From NCBI GenBank assembly GCA_037441675.1, contig JBBIRS010000002.1:135249-199248 (forward strand): a stretch of 64,000 nucleotides of DNA. Reading direction: 5' to 3'. The notes under the pieces were generated by a model. It was not told where the DNA came from. It saw only the letters and a list, made by a program, of their open reading frames with translations, and searched no databases. The stretch comes from Planctomycetales bacterium (GTDB lineage Bacteria > 4484-113). Below, one piece after another: positions 61,108-64,000 of the stretch (the first letter of the stretch is position 1; each line of letters begins with the position of its first letter). The position numbers were made by a program, and so were the translations under genes.

Positions 61108-62358
61108 TTAATCAATCACCTTCAATTTCTTCGCTAGTTCAAGCTTGTCCTTGTCCTCAAGATAGGAGGGATAAAGTCCCAAAGCTTCCTTAAGGTATTT
61201 TTTGGCATTCTCGTTGTCACTATTTAGATAGTAAGCGTAGCCTAAATCCCAACAATTCTGTGGGCTATCTGGGCAAAGGGCATAGGCAAGTTTCTGATAG
61301 TGAAGCGCTTTCTCAGCTTCTCCTTGCAATTCAAAGATCTCTGAAAGTAGCCCGTAACTAATATCCCAGTTAGGGTTTAGCTCTATAGCTCGATTGGCAA
61401 AGAAAGTTGCAACATCATACTCGCGCCTCTCTTTTGCAATAAAAGCCAAGTCGTAAATGACCTTTTCTGAATCGGGTCTTGCCTCCCGCGCCATAAGCGC
61501 CAATTCCCTGGCGGTACCATAGTCCTTGAGGCGATAGGCATAATGCTCAGCTGCCATTTGATACGCCCAGAGATTTTTGGGATCAATTCTGAGAAGTTGC
61601 TCAAATACTGGTATTTTCTCTTCTGGTGGAAGTATCATCAAGCGATGGAAAAACTTTAACTCGAAGAGTTGGAGCCCAACTTGAAGACCCTTAAGCTCGC
61701 CTTCTGCAGGCTCGTGTGAAATGAAACCTAGCCTCTGCCTCATCACCACGTGTTTTCTTTTGACAAACCGCAATCTCTCCACCGCCCCCCTGCTAAGCAT
61801 TACCTGTGTGACGCGTCCAATTCTTGCGTAACCCTCAATTCGTTTGGCGAAATTTATGGCAAATCCCTCTATTCTCTTTTCTCTATCTCCACGCTCTCTG
61901 AGAACGCAAATCCCTCGATGAATGCCAATACCTAAATCAAAGGGTAAATGACGAGCCTTTACCCTTTCCATATTCAGGGGAGTAGAAAGCCAAGAATTCT
62001 TGAGCAGAATAGCGGCTCTCATTGCACCAAAGAGAGCGTGGTCACATATAGCACGGCTCTCAGCCTCAAGTTTCAACCTTTCCTCGCTCTCAGGGGGAAG
62101 GTTTGCTATTCTTTCATTTCTCTCCAACTGTTTGGGGTCATAGAAGAAAACCGCAAGCTGATCACCTGCTACAGACTTCTCTGCCACGGGATAATCACCA
62201 GCATCCGCGACCGCTTGCAGTAGATGTTTTTGATACTCTTCAATTAGCTCGTCATAATCCCAAAAGTCAAGCACAGTAGAGATTCCAACGGAGTTGATGA
62301 GGTCGGCAAATAGGATAGTCACCTCCACGAGATTCGTCCGCTCCACCTTGGCTGGCAT
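61108..62358 (-). CDS. Class III nucleotidyl cyclase domain with C-terminal TPR repeats
   Basis: VTILFADL, AGDQ, GIGIH.G, G.AINFAKRIE; TPR repeats (A.EL.P, LG.AYY...A..YL.EAL.L.P). Confidence 0.85.
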   Translation of the reverse strand: MPAKVERTNLVEVTILFADLINSVGISTVLDFWDYDELIEEYQKHLLQAVADAGDYPVAEKSVAGDQLAVFFYDPKQLERNERIANLPPESEERLKLEAESRAICDHALFGAMRAAILLKNSWLSTPLNMERVKARHLPFDLGIGIHRGICVLRERGDREKRIEGFAINFAKRIEGYARIGRVTQVMLSRGAVERLRFVKRKHVVMRQRLGFISHEPAEGELKGLQVGLQLFELKFFHRLMILPPEEKIPVFEQLLRIDPKNLWAYQMAAEHYAYRLKDYGTARELALMAREARPDSEKVIYDLAFIAKERREYDVATFFANRAIELNPNWDISYGLLSEIFELQGEAEKALHYQKLAYALCPDSPQNCWDLGYAYYLNSDNENAKKYLKEALGLYPSYLEDKDKLELAKKLKVID

Positions 62359-62581
62359 AAGAGTAGTTTAGCATAGGAAGATTATTTCAGGCGCCTAATT
62401 AAGGGAGCTGGTTTCTCGTTAACGATACTTAGTTGATTTCTTCAAATTCTCCCGTATCAATTCAATATTGAACGCCAGACTTAGTAAGTTGGACTAGCAG
62501 ACATACGATAATAAAGCTATCGGTTGATTTTGAAGCGCAGGTTTATCCTTAACTGGTCTAAGCACAACACAGGAATCTTCA

Positions 62582-62618
62582 CTCTGGAGGGCGAAGAGCT
62601 TGCTTTCGCCCTACAGAG
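62582..62618. repeat. Single GTAG-type REP-like hairpin
   Basis: Minus strand CTCTGTAGGGCGAAAG-CAAG-CTCTTCGCCCTCCAGAG. Confidence 0.6.
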
Positions 62619-62692
62619 AAATTCGGCGCTAAGCGATCCCAATAGAGATACGAATTTAAGGTTATAATTTATTTGGAAGCTAAGCAAGCTTT

Positions 62693-63472
62693 ATGTGGTT
62701 AGATATTAACTTTTGGGCTACGAATCCTTTTATACCTTGGGACAGGATATTCAGTGGGATAGTCCTTCTAATCTACCTTTATCAAATCTGGTGGGTTTAC
62801 AGAGACGCGGAGAAGAGGTATTTTTCCGGCGTTTGGTTTGCCCTTCTTGCCGCGATCGTTCCGCTTGGTGGTTGGTTATTTTATCTCCTTTACCGTTCAT
62901 CCTCTCTCCCAGAGTTAGATTTACTTGAAATAAGGGAAAAACTTCTTGAGCGCGGAAGCTCCATCGATTATGAAATTTATCTCGCTAGACAAAGACAAGT
63001 CGCAATAGAGCGGTCACTCGCGTGGGTAAGGGGGTTTCTCAAGCCACCCCAAAAAAACTTATCCGAAATTAAGGTTCATAGTTATCCAGATGAGATAATT
63101 CGCTCAAGAGAGAAAGAGTTACTGAAATCTCGCAAAGAGAATGCAAAAGAGAGTTTTGAACCATTTTTAAATTTTGTGGAGAATATCGCAAAGGGAATAG
63201 TGTCAGCTTTTAGGCAGATAATCGCACCAAACTATATGAGTGTTCGAAAAAAGCTTAAGTTTTACGATAAGGTTAGAGAAGCACCACTCGTGGATGAAGA
63301 TCTGGAAAATCTGTTACAGTCAGGGCTTTACATTTTGGCGAAGGAAGATTGCCAAGCAAAGTTAAGGCTCGCATCGGAACAAAATGACGCAAGGAGAATG
63401 CGCACTTATGAAGTGTATTTAGCCAGAATTAATAGGCTGATTAAGGCTGAAAAGGAAGAAGCGAAAGCATAA
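62693..63472 (+). CDS. Hypothetical membrane protein (N-terminal two-TM WVY.DA..R module)
   Basis: WWVYRDAEKR...W..L..IVPLGGWLFYLLYR then a charged helical region. Confidence 0.7.
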   Translation: MWLDINFWATNPFIPWDRIFSGIVLLIYLYQIWWVYRDAEKRYFSGVWFALLAAIVPLGGWLFYLLYRSSSLPELDLLEIREKLLERGSSIDYEIYLARQRQVAIERSLAWVRGFLKPPQKNLSEIKVHSYPDEIIRSREKELLKSRKENAKESFEPFLNFVENIAKGIVSAFRQIIAPNYMSVRKKLKFYDKVREAPLVDEDLENLLQSGLYILAKEDCQAKLRLASEQNDARRMRTYEVYLARINRLIKAEKEEAKA

Positions 63473-63557
63473 AAATCAAGGAGTTGCATTTTCGGAACTT
63501 CACTTTTGGCTTTAGCGATTAGCTAAACATTACTGGACTGGGTTGAAGTTTTCTATC

Positions 63558-63998
63558 TCACGGTAAATTCTTGATAATCAGGACATCCTGCCCGCCACCT
63601 CCATCATCTTCAACACCAACCGGATTCGTCTCACTGCCACTAACTGTTCCGGTTGTACCGTTGGGGTCTGTTATGTCAGCTGTTGCATCCAACAAGTTTT
63701 CCGCAGGAATGTTTTCCTGAAGTGTTACATCTGCCCAAGTTCCGCTGTTGTTGGCGCCATAGCCGGTGATATATATATTGCCATTGCCATCAATGTGAGT
63801 GTCAACTCCAGACTCGTTAGCCAATGTGCCCCAGGTTTTGGCTAACACCAAATTGCCGCTTTCATCCGATACTAGGAAGAAAAGCTCATAGTCACCAGTA
63901 AAGCTGTTACTTTGACCAGCGAGGTAAATATTCCCGCTAGTATCCGAAGAAACGCTTTCAGCAAGATCTTCGCCCGACTCGCCCCAAACCTTCTGCCA
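63558..63998 (-). CDS. Partial gene: C-terminus of an SBBP-like beta-propeller repeat protein
   Basis: Frame is open to the window edge: WQKVWGESGED...DTSGNIYLAGQS and KTWG...DGNGNIYITGY repeats. Confidence 0.8.
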   Translation of the reverse strand, partial: WQKVWGESGEDLAESVSSDTSGNIYLAGQSNSFTGDYELFFLVSDESGNLVLAKTWGTLANESGVDTHIDGNGNIYITGYGANNSGTWADVTLQENIPAENLLDATADITDPNGTTGTVSGSETNPVGVEDDGGGGQDVLIIKNLP

Positions 63999-64000
63999 AA

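Overview
Bacterial chromosomal window (roughly 40-45% GC by eye), probably from a diderm Terrabacteria-type lineage: it carries an LptD-like gene, TolC, csaB next to DUF5693, and DUF3084. Housekeeping and metabolic genes include ribE, ribBA, meaB, biotin carboxylase and BCCP, tnaA, hup, scoA, a glcD-like oxidase, gcdH, fur, hypF, a TetR-TolC-MFP-RND operon, rtcB, a split transketolase and pyrH. RNA genes are a stand-alone 5S rRNA, tRNA-Lys(UUU) and tRNA-Glu(UUC). The main unusual signals are: (1) a glutaredoxin-like gene that appears to end in Sec-Ala-Val (UXX*) with a SECIS-like hairpin; (2) three large surface lipoproteins sharing a dockerin-like double Ca-binding module but carrying different cargo domains, one also with a cohesin-like domain; (3) one of these lipoproteins is split by a single in-frame TAG that hides an HFS (ZU5-like autocleavage) motif upstream of an HEXXH peptidase-like domain; (4) a cyclase-STAND-TPR gene with three in-frame TAGs, a frameshift and two GTAG-type REP doublets embedded in its reading frame; (5) many apparently leaderless mRNAs; (6) a 5S rRNA whose promoter and U-tract abut the mature ends. 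No CRISPR array, transposase or prophage was seen. All family assignments come from motif recognition by eye; no searches were run.
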